Shown here: positions 12,865-25,529 of the stretch, piece by piece
Numbering within the stretch: the stretch's first letter is position 1
How the letters are laid out: every line of letters starts with the position of its first letter
Notes under the pieces: model-generated
What the model was told of the DNA's origin: nothing
Seen by the model: only the letters and a program-made list of their open reading frames with translations
Databases searched by the model: none
Position numbers and translations under genes: made by a program
Source of the DNA: Fonticula alba ATCC 38817
Lineage: Eukaryota; Protista; Nucleariida
NCBI GenBank assembly: GCA_000388065.2
Contig: KB932201.1
DNA length: 64,000 nt
Strand: one strand, 5' to 3'

Positions 12865-13810
12865 NNNNNNNNNNNNNNNNNNNNNNNNNNNNNNNNNNNN
12901 NNNNNNNNNNNNNNNNNNNNNNNNNNNNNNNNNNNNNNNNNNNNNNNNNNNNNNNNNNNNNNNNNNNNNNNNNNNNNNNNNNNNNNNNNNNNNNNNNNNN
13001 NNNNNNNNNNNNNNNNNNNNNNNNNNNNNNNNNNNNNNNNNNNNNNNNNNNNNNNNNNNNNNNNNNNNNNNNNNNNNNNNNNNNNNNNNNNNNNNNNNNN
13101 NNNNNNNNNNNNNNNNNNNNNNNNNNNNNNNNNNNNNNNNNNNNNNNNNNNNNNNNNNNNNNNNNNNNNNNNNNNNNNNNNNNNNNNNNNNNNNNNNNNN
13201 NNNNNNNNNNNNNNNNNNNNNNNNNNNNNNNNNNNNNNNNNNNNNNNNNNNNNNNNNNNNNNNNNNNNNNNNNNNNNNNNNNNNNNNNNNNNNNNNNNNN
13301 NNNNNNNNNNNNNNNNNNNNNNNNNNNNNNNNNNNNNNNNNNNNNNNNNNNNNNNNNNNNNNNNNNNNNNNNNNNNNNNNNNNNNNNNNNNNNNNNNNNN
13401 NNNNNNNNNNNNNNNNNNNNNNNNNNNNNNNNNNNNNNNNNNNNNNNNNNNNNNNNNNNNNNNNNNNNNNNNNNNNNNNNNNNNNNNNNNNNNNNNNNNN
13501 NNNNNNNNNNNNNNNNNNNNNNNNNNNNNNNNNNNNNNNNNNNNNNNNNNNNNNNNNNNNNNNNNNNNNNNNNNNNNNNNNNNNNNNNNNNNNNNNNNNN
13601 NNNNNNNNNNNNNNNNNNNNNNNNNNNNNNNNNNNNNNNNNNNNNNNNNNNNNNNNNNNNNNNNNNNNNNNNNNNNNNNNNNNNNNNNNNNNNNNNNNNN
13701 NNNNNNNNNNNNNNNNNNNNNNNNNNNNNNNNNNNNNNNNNNNNNNNNNNNNNNNNNNNNNNNNNNNNNNNNNNNNNNNNNNNNNNNNNNNNNNNNNNNN
13801 NNNNNNNNNN
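12865..13810. other. Assembly gap (largest of many; others include 14441-14765, 30656-30829, 43233-43714, 45680-46313, 48695-48999)
   Basis: Runs of N, mostly next to homopolymers or microsatellites. Confidence 0.99.
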
Positions 13811-15795
13811 GTGGCAGTGACAGCTGTGTGTGTGGGGGGGGGGGCGGGAGGAAAAGAAAGAGAGGGGGGGGGAGGACGTGGGTGTGCAGGAACCCGAGCC
13901 GCCCAGGCCCCCCGGGCCGGCGGCCGATGTACGCACGCCAAAGTCCCTGCCAGTGTTTCGCATTCGCCCATCGGGAAGGTCCGGCTGCGGTGGGGGGAGT
14001 TACGGCTCGCCCTCCCGGGCAGTGTGTGATGCGGCTGTCCCAGCCTCCGTCGAGCGCCCCATGCTGAGTACACGCAACCCTCGTCGAGCGAGGAGCGGGT
14101 TGTTGTGTCCCGCCCTGGGGTGCGGCTTGGACGAGCGAATACCCCGCTGGGGAGGGGGGGGGGCGGACGCGGGCGCGCGTCAACCCCCCCCCCCCCCCCC
14201 CCTCCCCGCCCGGAGAACCGCCGACGCGATGCACGCAGAAGGACAAGACGAGAGTCGCCCGCGGACCGGGAGGCACTCCTAGCCGCCACCTCCTGCGCAC
14301 CGGCCCGGGTGAAGTGCAACTCCCGGCCATCTCCTTTCGAGGCCCTCGGCCGGGATCATCTGTCATCGGATCCTTCTAGAGGCAATCCCGAAGGGCTCCC
14401 GGGCGTGTGTGTGTGTGTGTGCGCGATCTCGCACATGTGGNNNNNNNNNNNNNNNNNNNNNNNNNNNNNNNNNNNNNNNNNNNNNNNNNNNNNNNNNNNN
14501 NNNNNNNNNNNNNNNNNNNNNNNNNNNNNNNNNNNNNNNNNNNNNNNNNNNNNNNNNNNNNNNNNNNNNNNNNNNNNNNNNNNNNNNNNNNNNNNNNNNN
14601 NNNNNNNNNNNNNNNNNNNNNNNNNNNNNNNNNNNNNNNNNNNNNNNNNNNNNNNNNNNNNNNNNNNNNNNNNNNNNNNNNNNNNNNNNNNNNNNNNNNN
14701 NNNNNNNNNNNNNNNNNNNNNNNNNNNNNNNNNNNNNNNNNNNNNNNNNNNNNNNNNNNNNNNNNGTGTGTGTGTGTGTGTGCGCGATCTCGCACATGTG
14801 GCTGGCGAACTGCTGCCTGCGTCGTCCCTTCCTTTCTTGCCACCCCCGCAATGGCTGGTGGGTCCAAGTAGCAAGCAGCGCCCCCCCCCCCCCCCCCCCC
14901 CGCCCCCGCGTGTTGATCAGGGCGGGCCTGCACCGCCCTCGCGCGTGTTAAGCTGAGGCCCCGGCCTCTGGGGCGCGAGAAGATCCGCCTGCCTCGCCCC
15001 CCCGCCTCCGGGCCCGGCCCGGTGAAAAGTGCTCGACTGTTGCCCAGCCATTGGTCGGGCCCACTAAATCCGGGCCTTTGTCCCGCCGCCCCCAGGCCCG
15101 GGACCGGGGGGGGGGGGGGGGGGGGGGGGGGAGGGAAAGAGTGTAGATCGAGGGGGTCCACGGAAGGTGCCACGAGCACGCCCTGCATCGCAGGAGCGCG
15201 AAGAGGCGCCCCACCTTGCCTGGCAGACAGGCGAGCAGCAGGGGGGGGGGGGGGGGGGGGGTGGGTGAAGTAGGGGATTGTCCCTGACACCCGGGGGACC
15301 TACACAGCCGAAGGTGCGGCCTCCGGGAGCCACCGTTGCCGCCAAAGGACAAAAGAGCACGCAGAAGAAGGCCGCCCCGCGTCCCGGGCGCCAGGTTGAC
15401 AGATGTTTATGTGTGGCGGGCGTGGGCGTATGCCACCCCCCACTGCCGCCCCACCGCCCCGCTTCTCGGCAGGCTCTCCGCACCGGGGCCAGACCCACCA
15501 TGAGGCAGTGCTGGCCACACTGCGGCCTCGTGCGGTGCACAAACTAGAACAGCCAAATGTCCCCTCATTACTTACATACGCAGGAGCACATCCTTCCCCC
15601 ACCGAGGGGTGTGGGGAGGGCGCCAGCACTAAGGACATGGGGGGGCTGACTGGCAGGACGGCTGGAGCGCGAAACGCCCGGTCGCGTGATTCCCGACTCG
15701 TAACTGAGTTCCCGGGGAGGTTAACATCATTCTTACCATGCTCCTGGATTAACTGCATGTGTTGGGCCTGCTTTTCCTCCGCCACCCTCCCTCGA

Positions 15796-15798
<3 letters not shown>

Positions 15799-15891
<93 letters not shown>

Positions 15892-15901
15892 NNNNNNNNN
15901 N

Positions 15902-15973
<72 letters not shown>
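15799..15973. repeat. (CA)n microsatellite interrupted by a 10-N gap
   Basis: Read directly from the sequence. Confidence 0.95.
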
Positions 15974-15974
<1 letters not shown>

Positions 15975-16085
15975 GTACCCGGATGCCGGGTCATCTTGTC
16001 TTCTTTGGCCGCTTGCCGCCTCTCATCGCTGGCCCCTTGCATAAGGAGGTGTGTGTGTTTAAAATGCTCTATTTATGTCAAACCC

Positions 16086-16128
<43 letters not shown>

Positions 16129-16958
16129 GAAGGAGATGGGATCGATGATAGCACCTCGATCTCTCCAAGGGCCGGGCCACCTCTCTCACCAATGGCCCCC
16201 TCTCGCCGGGGGAGATGTGGCGAATGGCTGCTGCTGCGCCAGCGGATGGACGACAAGCGGTGAGGACATGGCTGGATGTTGATTCCCGGACTGGGACATC
16301 ATCATCAAGGACGCTACATTCCCACTACTCGAGCCGCCATGGCCGCCGCCGCCGCCGCCGCCACCGCCGCCACCACCACCACCACCGATCACCGACGCAT
16401 CATCGGTCTCCGAGAAGAACAGGTCCCCGGAGAAGGAGGTCGACAGGCCTGCAACCGCGGACAGGGACGAGCAGGAGGCATCGGTCGACAGAACTGTGCT
16501 GGTAATGATAGGCGTCTCCTCAAAGCGAAGATCTGCGTGTGCCGTGGATGGGACGTGGTCAGGGGGTGGAAGGGGATGGGAGAGCGCGCGCGGACGCGAA
16601 AGAAAGGTCAGAGGGGGGAGGGGAAGACAACAGCCGGTTATGGAGGGTGAAGGGGAGAGCCCTTCCCCCATTCAAGGACAGCCGCCGGGAGGAAGAAAAG
16701 GAGGAGTGCAACTGGACACCGCCTCCCCCCCCCCCCCCTCGCCCTCTCAGGAGCAGCCTGAGAGACTCCCCGGCGCGGAAACCGGGGTGCAGAGAAATAG
16801 CATGCACGAGAATGAGGGAACTCGGCCTGTGCGGAGGCAGAGAGCAGAGGAGGGGAGGAGAGAGACAGAGAGGCAGCTAGAGCAACGCACCGGAGAATGC
16901 GCACTCGTTCGCGTGCCGGCACTCTCTCCACCCCTGAGACCCAGCGCACGGCCCACAC

Positions 16959-17162
16959 TCACAAGTGCTCGGGTGATTCTGCCCCCAGCGAGGAGGAGGT
17001 AGGATGGAACATACTGCTGCTACGGCTCGGGCCGGTAGTCAAGCCGGGAGTCGCCGGGACGACCGGCGCGCGCCGGAATGTCCCGGCAGTCAGCCCACAC
17101 GAGGCATTTACCGGGCTAGGCCCTGTCAAAGCGTCCCCGGGAGCGTGGTTTCGGAAGGGGCT

Positions 17163-17213
<51 letters not shown>

Positions 17214-20200
17214 GTTTAGGTGGTGGTGGTGATGATGATGATGCAGAGACTGCTGCTGGTGGAGCGGCGCGCCGGCGAACGCAGGCCCCAAGCCCTGGTC
17301 GCCACCCATTGGCTGGTGCACGCTCAGGGGCCGGCCGCTGCGGGGGGAAAGGGGGCCCACCGGAGACCCGACCGAGGAGGATGGCTCGGACTTCAGGTGC
17401 CCCAGCTGCGAGAACTTCATGCGCAGCGAGGCACACGAGTCCGAGCGCGAGGGCGGCTCGGTCGCGGAGGGCAGATCGGCGAAGCTGCTCGACTGTAGCG
17501 GCTGGAAGTAGTCCATGCCGGCCATCGCCCCGGAGGACGGGTCGCCAACCGGAACGGCAATCTGAGAGCCCGGCTGGAAGAGCGAGCTCGAACTCCAGGA
17601 CCGCTGTCCCGGAGGCAGGAGGGCCGTCTCCTGGCCGGCGCCGGCGGCCCCGCCGGTCGCATGCATGGCCGACGTCGGCATGGAGCCGATGCAGCCGTCC
17701 GATTGGCCCAGCGAGGCCAACACCCGAAGGTCCATCATGGACTGGGCATTCAAGTGGGGCGCCTGGTGGGTGCGGCCCCCCCCGAAGGCCGGACTGCTGT
17801 CGACGGCGATGCGGCATGTGGCCGTCGTGCTCGCCAGCATGGGAACCCCGCCATCGCCGAGGCTGCCAGCGCCGCTGCTGGCCACCGACGTCATCGGGGG
17901 AGGCACCGGCGAAGCGCCAGCCACAGGGCTGCGGCTGTCCGCCCGGCTGGAGGAGTTGCGCAGCTTGGAAGCCGCACGCGGGCGCGGGCCAGACCGTTCC
18001 ATCGGGAGCGGGGTTGCCCCGGTGCGTGTGCCCCCGGCCATCAGCAGCTCCGAGCCCCGGGTGCCGGAACAAACACTCGGAAGCAGCACCGAATCCAGGG
18101 ACACCGACCGGGGAAGGTCGTCCAGCCCGCCGGCGCGTGCCGCGACCCCGCAGCTACGTCCGCTGCCGGGACCGGCACCGGGGCCGCCCAGGGCCAGGCC
18201 ATGCCCGGGACCCATGCGATCACCGGGCGGACGACGCCGGGCCACCCCGCCACGCGGGCTGCTCAGAGCCGAGGAGGAGGGGCTGCCACCGGCGGCGGCC
18301 ACGGCCGCGGCCGCCGCAGCCGCCAGCATATCCTCCCCCCCGGCCAGGGGGGCCGACGAGTGTGACCGGCCATTCGGAGTGACGGCTGCGGCCGCTGCGG
18401 CAGCGGCCGCAGCGGCGGCCGACAAAATCCGCGGCGACCGGAGGGAGATCGTGCCGAAGAGCGGGCTCACCGGAGTGCCGGTGGCCATGGCCAAGCCACA
18501 CATGCCGGTGGCCTGGCGATCGGCCGCCTGCACGGCCAGATCCTCGGAGATGCTGTGCCCTTGGCGGACCATGGCCCCGACATCGTAGGAGCTTCGCCAA
18601 ACCACCCGCGACTGCCGGGTGGGGTCATTGCGGAAGGCCCACCGGCGGATGGACCGATCGCCCGGAGCCTGGCCGCAGCTGATGAAGGTGCCATTTTCGT
18701 CGCACGCCACCGCGGCCACCGGGCCCCGGTGGGCGGCGAACGTCCGCTCCAGGCGCCCGGTGGCCAGGCACCACGCGCGGATGGTGCTGTCCGCGCTGCC
18801 AGTACGTGTGCTCTTCCGATCTCGGCGGATGGACCGATCGCCCGGAGCCTGGCCGCAGCTGATGAAGGTGCCATTTTCGTCGCACGCCACCGCGGCCACC
18901 GGGCCCCGGTGGGCGGCGAACGTCCGCTCCAGGCGCCCGGTGGCCAGGCACCACGCGCGGATGGTGCTGTCCGCGCTGCCAGTAAGTGCCCGCTTGGCGC
19001 CAACCCCCTCGAGCTCGACAAAGTGCAGGGCCGACACATCGGCCGTATGGCCGACAAGCTCATGCAGGCAGGCCCGATCGCGAAAGGCCGGCCCGGCCGT
19101 CGGCCCCGAGGGACAGCCCTCGCCCCCCGGGCCGACCGGGACCGGTGACATGCCGGCGCCCCCGCCGGAGGAGCTGATGCCCCCATCCGACGGGTCGGTC
19201 AAGATCGGAAGAGCGTCGTGCAGGGCCGACACATCGGCCGTATGGCCGACAAGCTCATGCAGGCAGGCCCGATCGCGAAAGGCCGGCCCGGCCGTCGGCC
19301 CCGAGGGACAGCCCTCGCCCCCCGGGCCGACCGGGACCGGTGACATGCCGGCGCCCCCGCCGGAGGAGCTGATGCCCCCATCCGACGGGTCGGTCAACAC
19401 GCGCAGGTCAAACACCCGGCACACGCCGTCCGAGCTGCCGGTCATCAGGGTCTGCGCGCTCATGAGCAGGCTGTTGATGCCCAGACGCAGGAAGGAGGGG
19501 CCCCAGCGGGCTGCCCCGGCGGCGGTGCTGCTCGCACCACCGGGCCCGGTGGCAGGAGCCGACAGACGCGACAGCACCGGTCGGCTGAGGAAGCCAAAGG
19601 GCGAGTCGGCGGCCGGCGGGCCGCCGGTCACCAGCGGCAGCAGGCCCGGCGGCAGGCAGAGCAACGTGGCGGCCAGGGAATTCCGCGTCCGAGCTCGAGT
19701 GTCGAAGAGCCGAATCCGGCCATCCCCACACCCGGCCGCCACCAGGCGGTCATCTGCCTGCAAGCACACCACCCCCGGCACCACGCCGCGCAGGGTCGGA
19801 TCCGCCAGACCAGGCCCCGAGCCGAAGATGGCAATCCGGTCGCGCACCAGCCCGGTGGCCAAATCATGCACCAGCAGGGCACCCTGGTTGTCCCCGGAGA
19901 GGACTCGATCGCGGTCGAATTGCAGGCAGAAGGGCACGGCCGCCGGATCGCTGGCCGGGTGGCCCCCGAACACGGCCAACGGATCGGCCAGGGACAGGAG
20001 CGGCGACCGCCGGGGGAAGAGCTCCTCGAAGGTGGCCCCGGCCAGGGCCTCGGCCACATGCCCCAGGGAAAAGAGCTGCAGCGTGCCGTCCGAGTTGGCG
20101 GTCATCGCGTGCGTCGAATTGAAGGCCAAATCCACGGCATACTTGCCGCCACCAAGAGGGGCGCTCCCGAGGCCGGCAGACCCAGGGCGCCCGAGCGAGG

Positions 20201-20546
20201 CGGCCCATGTATAGGGCACCTGCCCGGCGTCCGGCCAGCCGGAGCCCTGGTCCGGGTGTGTGGCCGCCTCGGGGATCGAGCAGAAGACATCGATCGGACG
20301 CCCGGAGGCCGAGCTGTGCACCGCGAAGACCAGCCCCCCGTCGGAGGACATGCGCAGGCAGCGCAGCCGCTCGGCATCACCGAGGAATGGCGTGCCGATG
20401 GGCTCGGCCGTCACCACGGGCGGGGCCCCGCGACGCCGGGCACCCCCAGGGCCTTCGCCTCGACGGTGGTACAGGACCGGCCGGTCCCAAGCCGTGGTCA
20501 CCATGCGATAATCACCGAGAAACCATGTTCCCAGCGCGGCGGACAT
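16959..20546 (-). CDS. WD40-repeat protein (FBXW/beta-TrCP-like propeller) with long disordered poly-A/Q/H C-terminus; assembly inflated by about 375 bp of artefactual duplication
   Basis: A single long ORF with WD repeats: CLQFDRDRVLSGDNQGALLVHD, VVCLQADDRLVAAGCGDGRIRLFD, LMTGSSDGVCRVFD, GHTADVSALHF..ALTGSADSTIRAW, AHRGPVAAVA. The first in-frame ATG is at 20546. No F-box was recognised, and both ends are uncertain. Confidence 0.75.
18643..18984. repeat. Identical direct duplication (18643-18804 = 18823-18984), artefactual
   Basis: Exact copies with an offset of 180, separated by adapter sequence. Confidence 0.9.
18804..18822 (+). other. Illumina TruSeq adapter fragment (assembly contamination)
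   Basis: The sequence ACGTGTGCTCTTCCGATCT matches the 3' end of the TruSeq read-2 primer/adapter. It lies exactly between two copies of a 162-bp segment. Confidence 0.95.
19023..19397. repeat. Identical direct duplication (19023-19202 = 19218-19397), artefactual
   Basis: Exact copies with an offset of 195, separated by adapter sequence. Confidence 0.9.
19202..19220 (+). other. Illumina adapter fragment (assembly contamination)
   Basis: The sequence AGATCGGAAGAGCGTCGTG is the standard adapter read-through sequence. It lies exactly between two copies of a 180-bp segment. Confidence 0.95.
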
Positions 20547-23500
20547 TGTCCCTGCGTGATTCGGAGACACAGCAGAGGCGGGGCAGGGCGGGGCAGGGCG
20601 GGGCGAGGAGGAGCGTGAGTGGTCATGCTGGGACGTCGCACGGGAAGAGACCGGTGGGGGGATGGAGGCGACGCGCACATTTAGCTCTTCCGTGTCAGGC
20701 GGGGGGGGGCGTGTGCATGTGTGTTAGCAGGAAAGGCGCAGCTCGGGAGGCTGGTCACATGCAAGATGATGGCAGACAAGGTGTTGGGGGGGGGGGGGGG
20801 GGGGGGGGGGACAAGAGGCGCAGGAGGAGAGGCGCAGGAGGAGAGGAAGGCGGGGAAGATCGTAGAAACGACTTGCAATCGAGGGCGGAGTACGGGTGCC
20901 GGGGTGGAGGGATCTCTTCCTGAGGCGGTGATGGGGAGATTGATGGGGGGAGGGGAGGGGGGGGGGGGGCGCGCGTTAGGCGATGCTCTAAGCTGCTGAA
21001 GCGGGGAGGGAGGGGGGAGAGAAGACTTGGAGGGGAAGGCGGGGATCGTGCGCACCTCGCTTCGCAGAAGTCGGGAGAAGAGAAGTGGTGCTCGAGGGTA
21101 AATGTGAAAATGGATGTTCAAGAAAGGAGATCGGGGAGTGATGACAGGCGAAGGGCGCTGCCGAAGGAAGGAGCAGAGCAAATGAGGGCACGAGGGACAA
21201 GCTAAGACACAGAAAGGAAAATGCAGCAACAGGTGGGATGTTGAATTCCACGCCTCGAACGAAGGACTGGTTTTTCAGTGGGAAGAGGCGTCATAGGTCG
21301 GGGAGTCAGTGGGCTTGTGGATGCGCGGGCAAGCAGCTCAAGAAAATCAACTCGATAGGGGATGGGGGAGGGGGGGGGGGGGAGAGAGAGAGGGCATGCA
21401 TCCACGAGGAGCGGAAATGTTGCGCGGGAAGGGCGGGAGGGTTGGGGAGGGGAGGCAAGGAAAAAATACCAATTGAGGGAGATCAATTGCTCTGCGATAT
21501 GGTGGGGACCGGTACGCCTGGCGAGAGAGGTGGCGGCCCTTTTTTAAAAAGGGTCCGCCCACACTCCCCGTGGAGTGTGGAGGAGCGCGGCGAGACGCCC
21601 AGAGTGAGTCAGACAGGCAGAGAGCGGCAACGGTGCCGGCGCAGCACCCGAGCAAGACGGAGCGGGGCTCAGCGCAACACCCGCCAAGGCGCGCAATTTA
21701 CCCCGGGCAGATGAGGCACCCCCCGAGGTCGTCCTCGGTCGCCTATAAAGCCGGAAGGGCCAGCATTCCTAGGTCCAGCCGAGCAGATGGCAGCCACTCG
21801 TGAGCATGTGTGTCTGCGCGTGTCTGCGTGTGTCTGTGAGTGTGTGCGAGGGAGGGAGGCGGGGAACATCCACGCAGCAGGCGCGAGGGCAGCGAAACAC
21901 AGATGGTCATTCTCAGGCGGGTCTAGTGGTGTAAAGCCGCCCTCCTGCGAGTGTGTAAGCGTTCCTGAATCGCCTGCTGCTGGAGCGAGAACGCCCCCGT
22001 TGCAGCGCCTTTCCCGAGGGGCAAGTAAGTCGTCCTGAGCTATCATGCCGTCGGCTTTCTCTCCCGACCTGCCCCCCGCTCCCCACCCCTGCCCCTACCT
22101 CTTCCCCTTGGAACGCTAAAAGGCCCCGACAAGCCTGCCGAAAGTGCGCTCGGTCATCTGTCACTCGCCTCTGAGTATGCGCGGTGCTCGGGCATCGGTC
22201 GGCCGCCCAAGAGCTTGGAACGGGAGAACAGGGAGGCGAGGGGGGGGGGGGGGGGGAACGGAGAGAAAAGGAGCCGATGACTTCGGTGGAATGAGGCGGC
22301 CGGTCGGAAAGATGAAGGCCAGACCGCGGCTCGGAGAGGAAAGAAAGAGGGAGGATCAGCGTCGCAGCTGCATCGCGCCGGTCCTTGGTCCCGCAGAAGA
22401 GCCGGAGGCAGCGTGGGCGCACTTTCTGATCCCAGGGTGTGTGCCGGGCAACTGCCACTTACGCGCTCGGAAAATTATGCCCACCCGCGCTCGCGAACAC
22501 CACTCCTGGGGGGGGGGGGCACCACACACACACACACACACACACGCACGCACACACACACGCGCGCGGAAAACGGGAAATAAAAAAGCCCCCTTGGCCG
22601 CTGATTCCTGGATCGCCCACAGCGGTATGGCCAAGGGCAGGATCCAAAAATCAAATAGCCCTTGGCCCTTGCCCCCCCCCCGCTCCCCCCACCCACCCAC
22701 CCACCCACCTCAGTGGCCCCGATCAGCCAAGGACGGGAGGCCCCACGCCATCCTGCCAAGGACAAAGTTGAACACCCGCGACCATTCTGTCTAGCCCACA
22801 AGTAGAATATGCAAAGTAAACACCCCACACGGGAGGTGCAGGGGGAGGGCCGACGACGCCGAGCATACAAGCACATCTGCCGGGCATCATGGGAAGCTCT
22901 CGGGCAATCGCCCAGAACGCAAATGACCCCCTCTTCCTTCCTCCCGGCCCCGCTCTGCCTCGGGGCACGCTTGTGGGGGCCCCGCTTGCTGTGCAACCCG
23001 GCCACCCGAGGAGGGAGGTCGCCCGCGGCACGGCCGGGCGCGCGGAGGCCAGCGGGTTAAGGCCTAGAATGTCGTTTTGGCCCGAGCGCATGCCCCCACC
23101 GCGGCCATGGCCCTTGTGATCCCTCCGTAGTCATATGCCCAACATGAGATACTGCCAACTTATGGCCGCCGAGAGCGTGCAATATTATTGCCCTGGGACC
23201 CCGCCGCCCCGTGCCCTGACCCCCTCGCAGCCTCCGCCCCCCGAAGAAGGGCGGGGTGCCCTGGATGAATGACCCCAGCGAGGGACGCCCGCTTGTCACC
23301 TTTCGCCGAATTGACGCAGCCGAGCCAACCGCGGTCCCATGCGCGCCCAGCGCACATGCGCCCGTGTGTCTCCCTCTCGTCGTGGTTATTCCACGCGCGT
23401 ACGCACACAAACACACAGGCATATGCCTCAGCCGGGGGGGGGGGCATGTGTGGTGGCCCCCGCGGCGCGTGAATTGCTGCGCTGGGAATGAAAAGGCATG

Positions 23501-24827
23501 GGCAATAAGGCCGGGCAGCCCGGCCACGCCACTATCATCGTCCCCATCAAGGGCGCGGAGCCAGGACGGCAGCCCGGGGGGCGCCCGGCAAACTCCCGCC
23601 GAACAAGTGAACACCTCCCACCGGGCCCGAAGAACGAGCGGCGCACAAATCGCCCATCGCTGGGTAGGCCCATGGCCGGAGGCGGAGACCCCTGCCGGAG
23701 AAAGGGGGCGGGGGGGGGGGGGGGGGAGGCGGGGGACCGAAATGCACATTCCACTCCCTCACGGGGTGGCAGGGAGGACGGGGGAAAATAGCCGGGGGAT
23801 GCGGCGCCGGCCGACCACGCCCGTTGCAAATGCGCACCCCGGCGCCCGTCACACGGCCCAAGACCGAGAACGCAGGACACGGCACGGGGGCGGGGCGTCT
23901 GCCCGCGGTCGGAGCTCGGTCCCCCCCCCCCCCCTCTTCCCCCCTCGTCTCCGTTGGGGGAAAGAGGGCGCCCGATCTGCTCCCCCTCCCCCGGACCCCG
24001 GCGAACTCCCGTATATTTCGGACCAAGGGGGGCCACCTCGCGGAGGCATGCCCACTGCCCAAGTGGGATGCTCTGCCCGCCGTCCCCCGCGCCCGGCACA
24101 CCGCCTGAGGACGGAAAGGGCTGACGCAGGAGATCTGCCACCGCGGGAGGGACAACCAGCCCCTGTTTTTGTTGTCGCTCGGTTCATTTCTTCCCCAGAT
24201 ACCCCCGACCGGCCACAGCAAGCCCCTGTCTTCTGGGCAGGAGCCGGGGCCCTGTTTCGATTGGGGGCCCCCCTTTTGGGCGCCTGCCTCGCATCCCGGC
24301 AAGCAAGGCCACGGCCAGTCTCCTCCTCCCCCTACCCACACACACACACACACACNNNNNNNNNNNNNNNNNNNCATGCCATAACCGCCGGTGCTGACTG
24401 CTACCTTGTGCACCACGCTCTTGGAAGGCCAACCCGCCCTAAGGGGCTGATGATCCTCTTCTTCCTGCTCGTCATCGTGTGTACTGAGCTGCTTCTCCTC
24501 TTTTACGAGCTCATTTGCACATCCTTCCCGTCGATCCTCCCGCCCTCTTGGCGACCTCCCCCACCCCCGGCCAACACTCTGCCCTCGGATCTGGCGTCCC
24601 TCTTCCGCGAGCGTTCCACCCCACCCAGCCAAGCCATTTCCCCTTCCCCCATCCCACAGGTCGCCGCACCACACATCGCCCCCGGTGGCAGCCCGCTTCT
24701 CGAGAGCCTCCTCTCGCTTCCCCCCCAGCCGACCACCCCGACCTCGGCCTCAAGCCGCTAGATCAGCACACGGTAACAAACCACAGAGCCGCAAGGCCCG
24801 CCCCTGCCGCACACCCTCCTCCCAACC

Positions 24828-25493
24828 ATGAAGACCTTCCTGGCCAAGAAGAGAAACACCATGACCCGCGATGCGTCCCCCTCGCCGGACATCGGTGACT
24901 CGGCATCCGTCCACGACATGATCGGCTCCGCTTCGGAGACCACCCCCTCGCCGCAGACGTCCACAAGTCCCGTGGGCCCTGGCGGGGATTCGGTGCCCAC
25001 CCGGCCTGCGCGGTCTCACACCACCAGTCCCGCGAATGCGACCGAGCCGATCGATTCGGCGCGACTGCGCTCGGCCAGTGCCAATCCCCGGCTAAGTGCA
25101 ATCTCCCGCCGGGGGGACGACCCGGCCGGCGTCTCGTCGAGCGAGTCATCCTCCGCCTCGCCGAGCGAGTCGTCTGCTCCATCCCCGGGGGCCGCACTCC
25201 CGGGCCCGGGCTCCTCCGCCGGGACCGCGGCCGGTGGGTCCGGATCTGGCCCCAACGCCGCCTCCACCACCTATGGCCCCCAGATCTCCTCGCTGCTGTA
25301 CCACCTCCCCCGCGAGGAGTACATCTTCTCGGAGCCCAATTCCCCCAGCAACATCATCTGGTCGAATGAGCCGTATTCGCGCGAGGAGCTGCCCCCGATT
25401 CGGTGCGTTTTCCCTGGCCCCGGCCTTGGCTCACCATGTGTCCTGGCCCTGTCAGACGCTTTTCTCGCACCTGTGTTGACACGCAGCCACCGA

Positions 25494-25529
<36 letters not shown>

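Noticed and set aside
12340-14956. Long ORFs containing X runs (also around 30.5, 39.1, 43.2, 45.7 and 48.7 kb)
   Set aside because: They are created by translation through N gaps.
16955-16962. GTGAGT donor overlapping the WD40 stop
   Set aside because: It is atypical for this genome's donors, and the resulting downstream frame is low-complexity and unconvincing.
18643-19397. Apparent WD40 repeat expansion by internal tandem duplication
   Set aside because: Each duplication brackets an Illumina adapter sequence, so it is an assembly artefact.
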